Shown here: one piece after another, positions 38,625 through 52,600 of the stretch
How positions within the stretch are numbered: the first letter of the stretch is position 1
How the letters are laid out: each line of letters opens with the position of its first letter
Origin: Thalia democratica
Lineage: Eukaryota
Reading direction: 5' to 3'
Assembly (NCBI GenBank): GCA_965202585.1
Contig: CBDBBG010000332.1
Span: forward strand, 1 to 62,624
Length of the DNA stretch: 62,624 bases
Program-made: the position numbers and the translations under genes
Notes under the pieces: model-generated
Told to the model about the DNA's origin: nothing
The model's input: only the letters and a program-made list of their open reading frames with translations
Database searches by the model: none

Positions 38625-39708
38625 CTCTGAGTCCTTTCTAAAACGACCATGATGTTTTTACTGGTATATTTTAAGATATTAACAAAATGGTAGTTTATAA
38701 ATAAATTATAAGAATTTTATTATGTTTTTCAACAGTTGTTATTTTATAATTTTGCTTAACATTAGGTTTAATAAAATAAAAAAAATTAATTATTTTATTT
38801 TTCTATGTTTTTATACAACAACTTCAATTTCATAGTTGCATTAATGTTTACTTTATTTTGATTACTTTTATTTCAATAACATTTGGGACATTTTGGGCTT
38901 ACAGCTAATTTTGGAACTGTGGTCAATGAGTTTTAGTTACACAATTTTGTACTAAATTTGAGTAAAAAAGGCTTTTTTTTGACACTCTTTTTTACTCAAA
39001 TGCATTATTTGCTTCATAAATAACAAACAAAGTCTAACTTACGAATTATAAATAGATGATTACAAAGTTTTTTTTGTATTTTTTGTAGAAACTACTAATT
39101 TGACAAGGTTTAATAGGTAAATAAAAAGTCATACCTATAAAGCACGTATTTTTGATGACTACACTTGTATGAGTTTAAGTTTTATACTTTTACCAGTTGT
39201 TCAAAACTTTAATTTAAAAAAAATTTTCAATTAAAATAAAAAGATTACGTTTGTTATTTTTGTTTAGTATTTTTAATTTAGACTTTCCAAAAATATTTTA
39301 ATAAGAAAAACATTGTTTTTAACCTCAAAAAAGATACGTAAATAAAAGAGTTTTCTTATTAGAAAAATTATTCATGATGAATCTTAACAGTCATTAATTT
39401 TGTTTATATTTTATGAAAATCTCTTTTTATACCTTCAACTTCTAATAAGAAAATTGATATAAGCGTAAATAGAAAGGTCTATTCAATTATCATATTCTAA
39501 ATAATGCTTAGATAAAATTTACTTTTCAGTTTTTACAAACTAAAAAGTATTCATCTATTATACTAGTATATTTTTTGAAGTTTTATAAATGCGATTTTTT
39601 GATTCAAGCACTTTTGCGTTTTGCTTTACAGGAAGGACTTTAAAAAAATTGTGAGCTAAAATACTTTTTGCAACAGAACTTTAGGTAACCAAACATTTAC
39701 AGAAAGTT

Positions 39709-42700
39709 ATGTCAGGTTACAACAATTCAAGAAATCGTAGGTCACGAGGTAATAAAAGGTCAAGACCACAAAGTCGTACGAGATTTAGGTCACCGAGTTA
39801 TAAAAGATCTAAATTACTTATTAGAAGTGTCGATCATGGGTCAAATCTGTATAAAAGTAAAGCACGGCAATTCGGAGATATGTTAGTTTTTCTAATTTTT
39901 TATTTTACACTGGGTTTTAGTTCATATCTTGCTATAATATAATTTTATTGATACAAGTTATTAAATTCAAAGTAAAAAACTGTCAAAGACTTTTAAAAGA
40001 CTCCTTAACTATCATATTATCACTTTTTAATTATAACTTTTATTAACATTATTAATGACTAATACTACCGAGTACTTAATTAATAAACCAAATGAATAAT
40101 GTTCAAAACCTAATTTTCAAATACATTGCAAATGTAGTATAAAAAGTTAAAAAATATCTAGAATTCCAAATGCAAACAGAGGAATAAAGCCAAGCTACGA
40201 CAAGAGATCAAAGAATCGTATGAGGTTTGTTTAAAAAATAAACAACTATTGCTACTTGTTAATTAGCTAAATTGTATGGATCTAAGTTTTTTAGTACTTT
40301 AATGAAAATAAAAGAAAGCTTAAAGCTTCTACATATAGTTTAACTAGACTTTTTGTAATGTTGTAAGTAGTATTCTGCTTAATTTTAGACAGTTTAATTC
40401 ATTAAGAACACATAGATAGTTTCATTTATACCTTTGTGATAAGCAAATTATTAGAAGAAAATTAAAATAAAGTCGTTCATAAGACATAGCCTACAGCTGA
40501 GAGTTCAAAACTTTGTAAAACTGGGTATCTTTAGTGAAAATAATTATTAAAATTGCCTCCTTAATAATAATATAATTTTTCATTTTATGAAGTAAAGAAA
40601 CATAACTACCGTTTAATTTCAAAAAGAGCAAAACATATTTTGAGATAGAATTACTTAAATATCGGGAAAAAAACTTCAAACAAAACAAAACTATTCACAG
40701 ATCAAATTCTTCTCAAAGCAGTTCAAGGGGTCGCAAGTCAAAATACCGAACTAACTCAAGACCCGAGTACCGCAGAAAATCGAGATCAAGAAGCCGTAAG
40801 AGGTCGAGAAGCCATAGTAGATCGAGATCGAGAAACTATGGTAGATTGAGATCAAGAAAAAACAGTAGATCGGGATCAAGAATCAGTAAGAGGTCGAACA
40901 GACAAAGTAGATCTAGATCAAGAAACAATAGGAGATCGAGATCAAGAAGCCATAGTAGGTCAAGATCAAGAAGCTATGGTAGATCGAGATCAAGAAGCTA
41001 TAGTATTTTGAGATCAAGAAGCTATGGTAGATCGAGATCAAGAAGCTATGGTAGATCGAGATCAAGAAGCTATGGTAGATCAAGATCAAGAAGAAACGGT
41101 AGATCGAGGTCAAGAAGCTATAGTAGTTCGAGATCAAGAAGCTATGGTAGATCGAGATCAAGAAGCTATGGTAGATCGAGATCAAGAAGCTATAGTATTT
41201 CGAGATCAAGAAGCTATGGTAGTGCAAAACGTAATAGATATTCGTAAGTTTTTTGGCTTTACAAAGTTTTTGTTTTTATTATATCATGTTTAAAATATAA
41301 CTGGCATGTAAATTGCAATATATTATTAATTGTTTTATATTATTAAGAAATAACTAGTGGTTTTATTTTTATTCTAATGTAAAGTTATTTTTCCTAGCAA
41401 AATAACAAGTATCATGTTTAAGACACCAATGTTAGGTGGCCATTTTAATAAACCTTTTATTTAGAAACAAAGCTAAGTAAAACAGTTTTAAAACGAATAC
41501 AACGTAAACAAAACTCAATATTTTCTTTGTTGTCAAACTATAATAGTAGTCAAACAAAACCATTTACAGAACATACTCTCCTAAAATCTACTCAAGAGAT
41601 CGCAAGCCAATAAAACGTACCAGCTCAAGATCAAGGAAACACAACAGGTCAAAATCAAGAAGCTGCAGTAGGTACAGCTGTCACAGCACTTCAAGATTAA
41701 GAAACACTGGAATTTCGTAAGTGCTTTGGTTTTACAAGTTGTTTTTATATATTTTTTTTTAAGGTTTTTGATAACTTTATATTTTAGTTTTAATATATTC
41801 AATATTTCTTAAAACCACATAAAAGGCGAAAATAAGTTTTAACTAGTAGAATATTATTTTTAGTTTTCAAGATTATTTAGTTTAGACGTTACTTTGTATG
41901 TAATTTTTTTCAATATACACTTGATATTTTTTTGAAATAATAAAAACTATTTATTAACATGAACGAGTCTTATCATAAACTTTAGATATATTGTACAGCA
42001 CACAAGTTACAGGTCAGTTTCTTAAATTTAATTCCCAAAGGCAATTAACGGGGAGAACAAATTGTCACAATTAGTCAGAGGAATAGTTTTATTCAATGAC
42101 GTAGTTAAATTGTTCTGTAAAGCACTTAAAAATAACGTTTAAAATAAGTTTCAATAAAATAAAATTTGTCTTTAATTTCAGATCTCGAGCAATATTAAGT
42201 AGAATTGCTGAACACTTTCCTATTAACCCTCAACCTGCAGTGAATGGTTTGTTTAAACAATTTGACTATTTTAACTAACCTATTCAAACTATTAATTATT
42301 TTCAATTGTTTTTTACCGCTAATTTAAAAACCGACGTGTAAAAAAATTAATTAAAAAACCAGTTCTTGTCGTATGTGTCAATATTTGAAATCTTAAACAG
42401 TTTTTTTTATGCAGTTGTTAAAATTATACTTAAAAAAACCTCATTACCAAATAAAATCAATGAAAGTGTTTTAAAAACTTATAAGTTAATGTTTTTTAAT
42501 TAAAATTATTGTTTTTACTTAAAAAAAATTATTTGTTACAAAACTTAAAAACACATTAATTTATTTTAAAGCGCATTCTAATATATTTGACATTGAATAT
42601 ATAGACTTGTTTCAGTACAACATTTTTATATCTAATATATATATATATATATAAACGAAATTTATTTCCTTTATTTTAAAAATTTTTCGTTTGCAGTTAA

Positions 42701-43847
42701 CCTCAGAACGACAAGAGAAAATGAAAACGGCAGGTAAGACTAAATTTTCATTTTCTAAAAATTATTGTATATCTTAATTCTATTCTACTAATTTTAGCAA
42801 AATTTCATAATAAATAAACTATCGAACTATATAAGCCATTAATAATGCTTTGTTGTAACTGATATTAAAACAACATTCTCAGTGGAAGTAATCTGAAACA
42901 AATTAGTGACTACGCGCTGAGTAAACGGCAAATTAGCATCAAAATGGTGAACCAATTGGAAATGCTTCAAAATGTTAGAGATATTATAAAACATAAATAC
43001 GAGCACAGCATTCCTGATGAGCACGTTGAACTGCAGGATTCTAATGGAAGTCAATACAGAATCATCTTCTTAACCCTGCCAACTAAAGAACAGGTTTATT
43101 TTAAATTGTTTTAAGACCGGAATGTTAGGGCACATACATTAAAAAGAGGAAGACATGAAAAAAAGTAGGCTAAACTGCTCTTTAGTTTAAAAACTTAATA
43201 GTAACAGATTTTAAGCATACAAAAATATTTCATAACTATAAGATTTAATACATTATCTGTTTACAATTGTCATCTAAAAGATCGTACCTTAAAAACAAAC
43301 TATAAAAAGTTTCATAGAATACTTTATGTTTTACATACTTTCTTCTTAAATCAAGCTATTAAGTACTAAAGTACAAGCAATTAAATTACAACAGGTTGTC
43401 AAAATTCTCCAAGACAGAAACGAGAAACATTTCAAGAGTTTCCGAGCCGACAACACGGGTTGGATAATCGATCTTCCCAACTCCAGCTTCGTAAACAAGC
43501 AGGTGGCCTCGGTGGCAGAAATTCTCGACAGCGTCACGTACGAAGACAAATCCTGTCTGTTGTACCTGAGGAAGGGTCATTACAACATCAGCCGCTACCA
43601 GATGAAGAAGGCTTTGGAAGAGAGGTTTAGAGATCCTTTTCGAAAGTACTTTGAACGTCTGAACATTTTAATGAAAACTTCAAAGTTGTTGTATGAGGTT
43701 CCAGGAATGCGTGAGCGGGTGAAAATTAAGTTCATATTTGTAAAAGTGACCTTTAAGTCGGCTGAATATGCGAAAGTTTTTCATAAGCTACCCAGACTGC
43801 AGACATTTGAAGTTGCTGGACCTATAGGAATGTGCATTAAAGATTAA
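39709..43847 (+). CDS. RS-repeat protein with two putative RRM-like domains, paralog B (563 aa); exons 39709-39881, 40162-40224, 40701-41243, 41570-41716, 42182-42246, 42697-42733, 42883-43093, 43395-43847
   Basis: 1692-nt open spliced frame with GT-AG sites conserved with paralog A; ends GPIGMCIKD*. Confidence 0.85.
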
Positions 43848-44914
43848 TATACGACTTTTTAAAAACTTTTCAGACTTTAATTTCAATAATTAGTCGTTTC
43901 AAAAGTCACTTTTTCATAATGATGTCCTGGACAAGACATTAAACTGTATCTAAGCTGTGTTCGATTCGATAATCGAAAGGTTTTTTCGTACACCAGGTCC
44001 TAGAATTAATTGTTTTGAGCGTTTTTTTGTCGTTCAATAAACAATGTACAAAAAATATACATTTTGATGTTTAAAAACTTTTCAATAATGTTTTATGAAT
44101 TACACAACTGAAAAAAAAGTTGTTTCTTCAAGTATTGTAAATAGTTATGTGGTAAAAATAAAACAACCAACACTGTTTATTTTTACACTTTCATAAGTTG
44201 ATAACGTTTCCTGATTTAGAAAGTTAAAAGTATATAAACGAAGACTAATAATAAATTACAATAAGCTTGCGCTACCTTCGTAGTTTTCAAAAATACAAAT
44301 TTGTAAATATAAAAAAGCATTAGAACTATAAAAACATTACACTTTGACTTATAACTTTTTTCACTTTATTAGGGTATGTGATCGAGCAGTTTTTTAAGAT
44401 AATATTCTTAAGTATGCATGCAATAAAAACAAGTTTAGGTTTGTATCAAATTTTGTGAATAAATACCAAATTAAAATCAAAAAATACGCTGATCTTGTTA
44501 GTTTATGAAATTATGCATTTTTAAAAGTTTGGAATAATTGTATTAGATGATTGTTTTAAATTGTATTAGAAAAATGTTTTTAACTTTTTGTGTTGGCCGC
44601 TTAATTTTACTTTTATTTAATATCTAGTTAGTTTTAGTTGCGCTTAAAAAGTATTTTTGGTAATGGATGCATATATTTTGTCTTTCGCTTTTTTTTTGTT
44701 TAGTGTTATGTTATTGTCTGATTTATCAATTACTATTTTTTCGAAGTTACTCTCTGAAGAGCCTAATTATGTGTATATATAAATTAGCTAATTTAGTTTT
44801 GTTAGTCAACAGCGTTTTAAATAATTATAATTAGACAGTCGGTTGATAATCATCACATTAAGGTTTTACGCATAATACTTATGAAAAAAACTTTAGAAAA
44901 TTTATGTTTAACTT

Positions 44915-47900
44915 CAGGGTTTCCCAAACTCATTTTCTAAATCGCCCCCTTTTCAGAAACTTGAAAAATAATCGCCCCCACGATTTTTCAAAATAGTTTT
45001 TCTATTGAGTACAAACTTTTGAGCCGAAAAAATTGTGTTCGAAATGTAATTTAGTCTGGTACTCCTTAAGCACGCACTTTTGGGCTGTGTTCAAAATAGT
45101 TTACAGGGGTTGAGAAAATAAGTAACATTCGCTTTCCTAAAGCCCAAAAAAGGGTATAAAATACTTAATTATTACAAAGCCTTTTATAATCTGTAATCAA
45201 TTCTGTTTAGATATGAATTGTTTTAAATCTAATGAAACTTTTAGGGTAGTGGTGGACAAATTTTGTAGTCAGCAATTCATATTTACAAAATAGTCTTTTC
45301 TAGTTTCAACTCGTTAAAAAAATGTGATTGCGGGCTGCATAATTTAAATACACAACATATATGACAATTAAAAAAACTCGAGCAAAATTGTAATAGAATG
45401 ATTTAGTAATATTGTGATCTAGGAAATACTATTGTGAACTGTAAACCAAATTTAAAGTGTATTACAAAAAAATAAGTATCAAAAAGCTAAATTTTATTTA
45501 TTTTGCATAAGTAGTTTTCAAGTTACTTAGCGGGTCGAAATTTGACTGGATCGTAACCGTACGTTACCCATCTGAAATCTTAACTTAAACCTGACAATAT
45601 AATAATCTCTCATATAACGAATTTCGGACATTTAGAAGTTATTATTTAAGCCGCAAAAAATACTTTAGTTATTTTATAAAAAGCGTATTCTTAAATTACT
45701 ATACCAGAGATTAAAAAACTATAAAAATTGAAGAGTTTATTTTACACATAATATAATACATATTGTAACATAATTTCTGATCTAGTTTGAGAAAGTTTGA
45801 CCGACTGGTTAATTATCTCAAATGAAAAGTGGTTTCATCAAAAGGTTCAGTTAATGCAGTAAAATTATTAATTTCAATGCTAAGATATATTATAAGCAAG
45901 TTAGTTGTAAGGTTAAAAACTTAATTTTAAACTTTTTAAACTATATGTTTTGTAATAGAATACCATTAAATAGTATTTGACTTGGAATAACCTATAGGAA
46001 ACTAAACCTTAATATTAACATTTTTTTTTCTAAATTTAAATTTAAAAAAAATCAAAAGTTTTACAGTTAATTCTGTGAACAGAAAGTAATCGATTATAAA
46101 ATTCTTTTAATTAGGTCAAAATTTTGTTCTGTAACTGAAGCAGTCTTTTTTATGGCTTTTGTAATACTGTTTAAATTTATTTATTTTCCAGTTATTAGCC
46201 TATAATAATTTACCAGAAGAAAATAGTGAAAAACTAAAAGCTAGTGTTGAACTATTAAAATAAACAACATATTCTAATTGCTAATATATTAGAAATTAAG
46301 ATTAAACAAAAACAGTTGTATTAATAGTTTTAAACTCCTTAACACATAGTTTTTTTAACAATAATAAATCAAGTTAGAAAATAAAATTGAGTTTAAGAAT
46401 CTTTTAAATGAAAAATTTGGAGTCATTTCAAATAGAGACCTCAAATCTATACTCTTTTAAAACCAAAAAAAAAAAATTTGAAATAAAAACTTTAATAGTT
46501 ATCAAGATTTTTTTATTTATACAGATTAAATAAGTAATAACAAAATTATCTCAAATAAATTTCTTCCAAACAATACTTTAATCACTATGCTATAAAAACT
46601 TTTAGTGTAGTGTAAAACGACAAATATAAACTACAAAATTAACCAGGTCAAAATAAAACTATTAACAGATTTAAAACATAAACCATTCAATAAATACAGT
46701 AGACCTCCGCTTGAGTTCGCACTTTGAACAAAATCAAAAAATGCAAACTCAAAAATGTTTATCTTTTTTTTTCAAAATGATAAATTTAAATATGTTATAT
46801 GCAATAACGTTATGAATAATAATGAAATCAACTAAAACTTAAAACAAACATTCATTAAAAAAATAGGTCTATACAAGCTATTTAATATTATGAATTTTTT
46901 GTTTTATTAATACTTAATTAGTAATAGACTTTATTTAAGTTAAATTTTAGAAAATTAAAATTTGCACTTTTTTCGGGTAAAAAGTGCGAACTCAAGAGGA
47001 AGTCTACCGTAATTAATATTTATTGGGCATTATGCAAACCTGTTTTAGAATAAATAACTTAATAAAAAAACTTTTATAAAAAACTACTTAAATACAATAC
47101 AAACCAGGTTAAATAAAAAGTATTTTGAAAGATCAAATAGAATTAAAAAACTTTCATAAAATAATGTCTGCTACTGGAGTCTAATATAATGTGAAGGATG
47201 AGGTTCATGACTGCTTGCAAGTTTTTCTAATCTGATTCTTAATCAGTAAAATAAAGCCTCCTTTATAAATATCTAGATTAGATCTTTTGCTCAAGATGTT
47301 GATAACTGAACTGAAAGCTTTCTCAACAACATAGCTAGAAGGAAAAATTATAAACAACAATGTAAATTCCTCTCAAATGATTGGATACTTTTTCCTTAGT
47401 TTTTGTTGATTCCAAAAGCATTCATATCGTTCTTTGGAAAAAATTACTTTACGTTCAAGGTCAGTTTGTAAGTCTAAGACGGTTTCCTAAAGTCGTTTAC
47501 TTCAAAAAGATCTACGTCGAAGGGATAAATATTTTTATCTATATGATAGCTTTTTTGTGTCAAATCGAAATTTTACTACTTAATATGTTGAAATCGTTAA
47601 ATTCCAGAATTTTAAAGTTTTTTTTTGCCTAAATTGACAAATTCCAGGTTTTTCAAGGTTTTTAAGTATATTGGCAACCCTGTATAGTTTTATTTCTTAG
47701 TCTAACTTAGTGACTTTTCAAAAAACAATTGGAAATATCATGAGGTGATTTAACTATCATCTCATGATATTTCAAATAAAAATAAAAGTATACATGGTTG
47801 CCAGTTAACCTAGAAATCTAATAACATATAACATATGTAAGGTAATTTAAACTCTTTTATGATCCCAAATAACATATATGTCAGGTTAGAAAATGGTGAG

Positions 47901-48244
47901 AGGGATTCTGATTGTCTATCATCTATGTAATTGTTAAATAAGAAAATATATGAATGAAAATATGTAATTTACTTGAAAGTAGGAGTCATAAGTACTTGAT
48001 TTTTTTCTTTATATTTTACATAAACAAAATAAACTTTTTTAGTTTAAGTTTTATCTCAGGGTCAAATATTTTGTAGCAAGCTAAAATTAGTAAAATAGCT
48101 TTATAAAATTTAAAAATTTTATGACAGCCCAAAACTTTAAAATCGCCCCCTTTTCGCCCCCTTACTAGTTATCGCCCACCCTTTCGCCTCCCCTACTAAT
48201 TATCGCCCCCGACTTACTAAAATCGCCCACTTTGGGAAACCCTG
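44915..48244 (-). mobile_element. Degenerate hAT (Charlie/Buster-like) DNA transposon
   Basis: 14-bp TIRs CAGGGTTTCCCAAA (44915-44928, 48231-48244). ATCGCCC subterminal repeats at both ends. Minus-strand remnant at ~47175-47480, KEKYPII*EEFTLLFIIFPSSYVVEKAFSSVINILSKRSNLDI, resembles the hAT C-terminal dimerisation region. No clean 8-bp TSD. Confidence 0.8.
46697..47009. mobile_element. Tc1/mariner-pogo-type MITE (313 bp) nested in the hAT element
   Basis: TIRs CAGTAGACCTCCGCTTGAGTTCGCACTTT / AAAGTGCGAACTCAAGAGGAAGTCTACCG, flanked by TA on both sides. Confidence 0.8.
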
Positions 48245-51200
48245 CTCTAGCACTGAAAGTACGAAGCAGACTGTTTTAAGTAGCAAAGAATTCTAAAATG
48301 CTTCATTCAAATGCTAAAAAATAATACTTTATGGTCATCAAATACGTTTTTTCTAAGATTTTTTGGTTTAAGCGTCATATTGGATACTGCAATAAAATAA
48401 TGTTGATCATTATTTAGTATATTTAACTCAATATTATACACTTCGATCCAAACTTTTTGCAGGTAAAATAAAGTTTTGAGCTTAGTAGTTCAACGGATTT
48501 TAACTTATTCTGCGTCAAATTTTGATTGGACATTACATACAAACAAAACCTGAAGCCTGCAAAAAAAAAGTGCATATATTTTTTATTGTTTATTGAATTT
48601 CTAAAACGAACAACCGACATTTAAAGCAAACTTACTAATTATCAGTATTTTAGATTGTTATAATTTAGCTCAGATAATATATATTTTTTTTGAGCAGAAG
48701 CATACTGTTTGTAAATCCAACAGTGTTACAATTCCGTACGAAAAATACTCGAGCGAAACTGGTTCAAAAGAAACAAACGTAAGTTAAGTGTTCAACTGTC
48801 ATATAAGTGTTAGCATTTTGACAACCTTGGTTTAAAGTAGAGTTATCAGAATTCAAGTACAGTGTAAATCAAGCGGTTTCGTATACTATAGTTTCTTTTA
48901 CACTTAAATTTTCCAGCGTCTTGTTTTGACTAACTGAGTTGAGAAATAATAAAATAGTTAGAAACATTGCTATCTATTTATATTATTCGTCTATGCTTAA
49001 TTATAAAATATATAAAAGAAAATGACGAATTGAGTTAATTTAAATTTGAACGGCTAGTTAGAAACAATAGTGTATACATATATATATATATTTATACTAT
49101 TGTCTCTCCTTAGTGGAAACATATTTAAACGAAAATGACGGAACGATTTGATTTAAACTTGATTGGCTTACAATATATTTGTTCAAGTTGTGTAGTGTGT
49201 TAGTTTGAGTTTGGTTAGGGATAAGGTTATAAATAAAAAAAGCTTCGAAAGTTTTAATGACTCAGCTTTTGTTCATTAATTTTCAGCTCAGACTGACTTA
49301 TAAGTATACAAAAACTTTAAGGTTATGATCAACATAATACATTATTTAGATAAAGCTTGTTTGTTATCTATTACAAAAATAGTTTATTAGTAATTTAAAG
49401 TCTAAAATAGACTTTAGTTAATCTTTATTGATAACACTGCAAGTAAAGAATTAGTTTCTATAGAGAAAAGCAAGAAGATTTAAATAAACCAACTTTTTTT
49501 ACATCAATTTTAATCAACTAGAGTTGTCATTTATATGTCTAAATGTAAGCTGCCTTTTTTTTTGTTTAATTTAATGTAATAAAGCTCATAATATTTAATT
49601 ATATATTGTATGTTTACTTTTGCAAAAGCACTCATCAAATTCGTTCACACATTTTTTATTACAATTACTTCTTGTTCCACACCGTCAAGCAACTAGGTGT
49701 AAAATAAACTGTAGCTGAAATTAAATAAAAAACATTTCATTTACAATACTAGTTTATTCAAGGTTTTTAATAAAGCAATAGTACTTAAAAGCAAAACGTG
49801 ACTAGAATTGCTGTTTGATGCCACTTTTGTTGAGGCGTTTTTAACTAAATTAAAGTGTGGGCAGCATTGACTAATAAAACTTGTTTGCTGCCGAGTAGAG
49901 TTAGCTCAACTAGCTTGTTTTTATAAAATTTCTTAAGACGTGTTTTAGCAAAGCATAAATAAAAAGTTTTAATTAATATGAGAAACAGATATCAGATATC
50001 TTGTAATTTGTGATCGTGTTTGTCTTTTTTTTATCAAAAAAAGTGTTTACTTAAATTGTTCATATGAATTACAAAAACTAAAAGCTGTTTTATTTTCATC
50101 ATCAACTTGAGGCGAAAGATCATGAGTCTCGAAATTTTCCTATTAGGTTTTCAGGGTTCAGCATTTTAGACTATTTCTTATTTGTAAAAAATAGCAAGAA
50201 GTACTTTGAAATACTCAAAAGCCAAAAAAAACAATTTTCCTTAAATTTAAAAATGTTTAGTTTTCTTTGCTTTTACCTTTATATTTTGCCTTTCAAATTT
50301 TTAAAGAATTATTTTTGATTTTAGAAAATGATTATTATGTATATAGTTCTACTGCACAAGTAGAATTTAGTTAATTTTTTGATCTTGGTTTGCATTATTA
50401 GTCCTTTTGAACTTTCAAATTATATAAAACTATTTAAAAGTTTATGCTAAGTAGATTTGAATGACTACAAATAATAAAGATTTTTGTTCAGCTGTTTGAA
50501 AGGTTATCTTTTCTAATTGCTGAAGTTAGTTATAATTTTTAAAATTAAAGAAAATTCATACTTTTAGAATAATCTTCTTGAGTGCTTTACGTATCATTGC
50601 AACTTTTTAATTTTAGTTTTGAGAATTATTTTGAAGATAATAAAATAAAGACAAATTTTAGCATTTTACTTAATAAAAGTTAAATTAAGTGTTAGCTGTC
50701 TTTGTTGTTGTCTTATTTTGTAATAAAATTAATCATGTTTAGTTATTGTTATCGTTTTTTTTTGTGTAATAACACTAGTCATATTTAGTCATTGTTATCT
50801 AGCTGCTTTTATTTTCATTTGCTGCAAGTTATACACAGTTAAGTAACTACAACTAAATTTTAGCAAAAAAGTTTATTTTGAAGACTAGCTAATTCAAGTA
50901 AAAATACTAGTGAAATCTTATTCAACCTGCATTACATTTGTTAAGTTATTTTATTAAACTCTTTTTTTAATAACTTATTATGAACAGCTAATATCTTATA
51001 TCAAGAAACTGTTTTACAATTACAAAAGATTAGCACAGTATGGTAGGTATAGTAATTAGCTAGTGTCATTTTGAACTAACTATTTCAAATAACTTTAAAA
51101 AGAATCTTTGATTAATTTTGTATTTTGTTTTCTGGTTTGGGAACTGACACTTTTAGTACCTTGCTTTCTATCAGAAGTTGTTTAAGTTTAAGAAGAAGTT

Positions 51201-51303
51201 ATAGAAGTTTAAAATTTTATAACTTTGATAAAACATCAGCAGTTTATATTTAACCAAAATGGACGCCAGCATGCGAATGATTCAAAGCCGCAAAAAGTTG
51301 AAG

Positions 51304-52600
51304 ATGGCAGTGTGCGTGATGTTGGTCTTGCGGCTTAGCGTTGTTGCCGAGGAAATGCTCATGTGCAAGGTTGGCAGCATATTAGGGGGTGCCACCGGTT
51401 CTTACAGTCTACCTTGTCTAGCCAATTCTTCGTGCTTGCGCGTTGAAATTGACGAAATCGAAACCACAACCGGAGATAAAGGTCAGTTCAGTTCTCAGTT
51501 GTCCTTTTAAAATTTTTACGAGTTTCATGAAAACATTTCGACGTAATACTGCATGTGCAATGTTCAACCTCAAGTTCACAATTGTGTTTTGAAACATTTG
51601 TTCATTCACGTATGTTATAAATAAAAAGTGAGTAAAATCGGCCAAAAGTTGTAATATTTTATATTCATGTTTGAATAATTTTTTTTTTTGTAAAAGAAAC
51701 TGGCTTATACAATGTTAGAACTAATAAGCACACTTGACATTGTTTCGATAAAAATATTGGTTCACATATTAAAATAAAGAAGATAAAACCATTACGAACA
51801 CGTCACGTCAACCATCCTTCCATATAAAAGTAAATGCTTATCGTATCACATGTTCAAAAAAGTTTTTGTAATAATTTTAAAAACTCTGCAGTAAAAAACT
51901 ATGTGGGAATGTTTTGTCAAGATGACTGTAGAAACAAGTTTGAGAACGCTCCCCAAGATCAATTAAAGAATGAAACTTTCAAAGCCATTTCCGCTATAGA
52001 TCGTATTTTTAAAAACGATATGACGTAAGTTTAACGTAGTTTTAAAGCACACTAGTTGGACTTAATTGTAAATTTTTACACTTTTTAATAATAAGAAAAA
52101 AAATTAACAACAAAAACCATTAAAATCCAATTATTTGAATTAAAGTAACGAATATAATTTTTTTTTAATTACCTACGTAACAAGTATATAGCACTCTCTA
52201 AAGTTTTTTGAGACAATTAAATGTATTTTTTTCTTCTTAAGTTCGCAAACTAACAGTAGAACACTTTTATGTTTAACTCTACTTTTAGTTTCTAAAGAAG
52301 AGTAGAGAAATTCGAGTTAAACTATAACAAAAAACTTTAGAGAGTGTTATTTACCTGTCATGTATCTAATTAGAAGCAAAGACTTATGTTTGAAGTTCAA
52401 CTAAAAAGAAACAAACTAAAAATCTTTAAAATCGCTTATTTAACTCTACTCGTTTTTTTAACAGAGGAGTAAAGGCAAGTTGCTGCGACTATGACAACTG
52501 CAATTCTGAGCCAATACCGAAGCCGGAAATGAGCGGTGGCAGCAAAGCTTCTTTTAGTTTGTTGTTTGTCTTTGTTGCGGCTTTCTATAACCAGGTTTGA
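51304..52600 (+). CDS. GPI-anchored Ly6/uPAR (three-finger) domain protein; exons 51304 (or 51259)-51481, 51892-52024, 52465-52600
   Basis: Signal peptide MAVCVMLVLRLSVVA, 8 Cys in the mature part, terminal SCCDYDNCN signature, and hydrophobic C-terminus SFSLLFVFVAAFYNQV. Exon phases 1 and 2 join. Confidence 0.8.

Noticed and set aside
43955-44003. Hairpin followed by CTAG as a Helitron 3' end
   Set aside because: The hairpin is weak and too far from the CTAG, and no matching 5' end was found.
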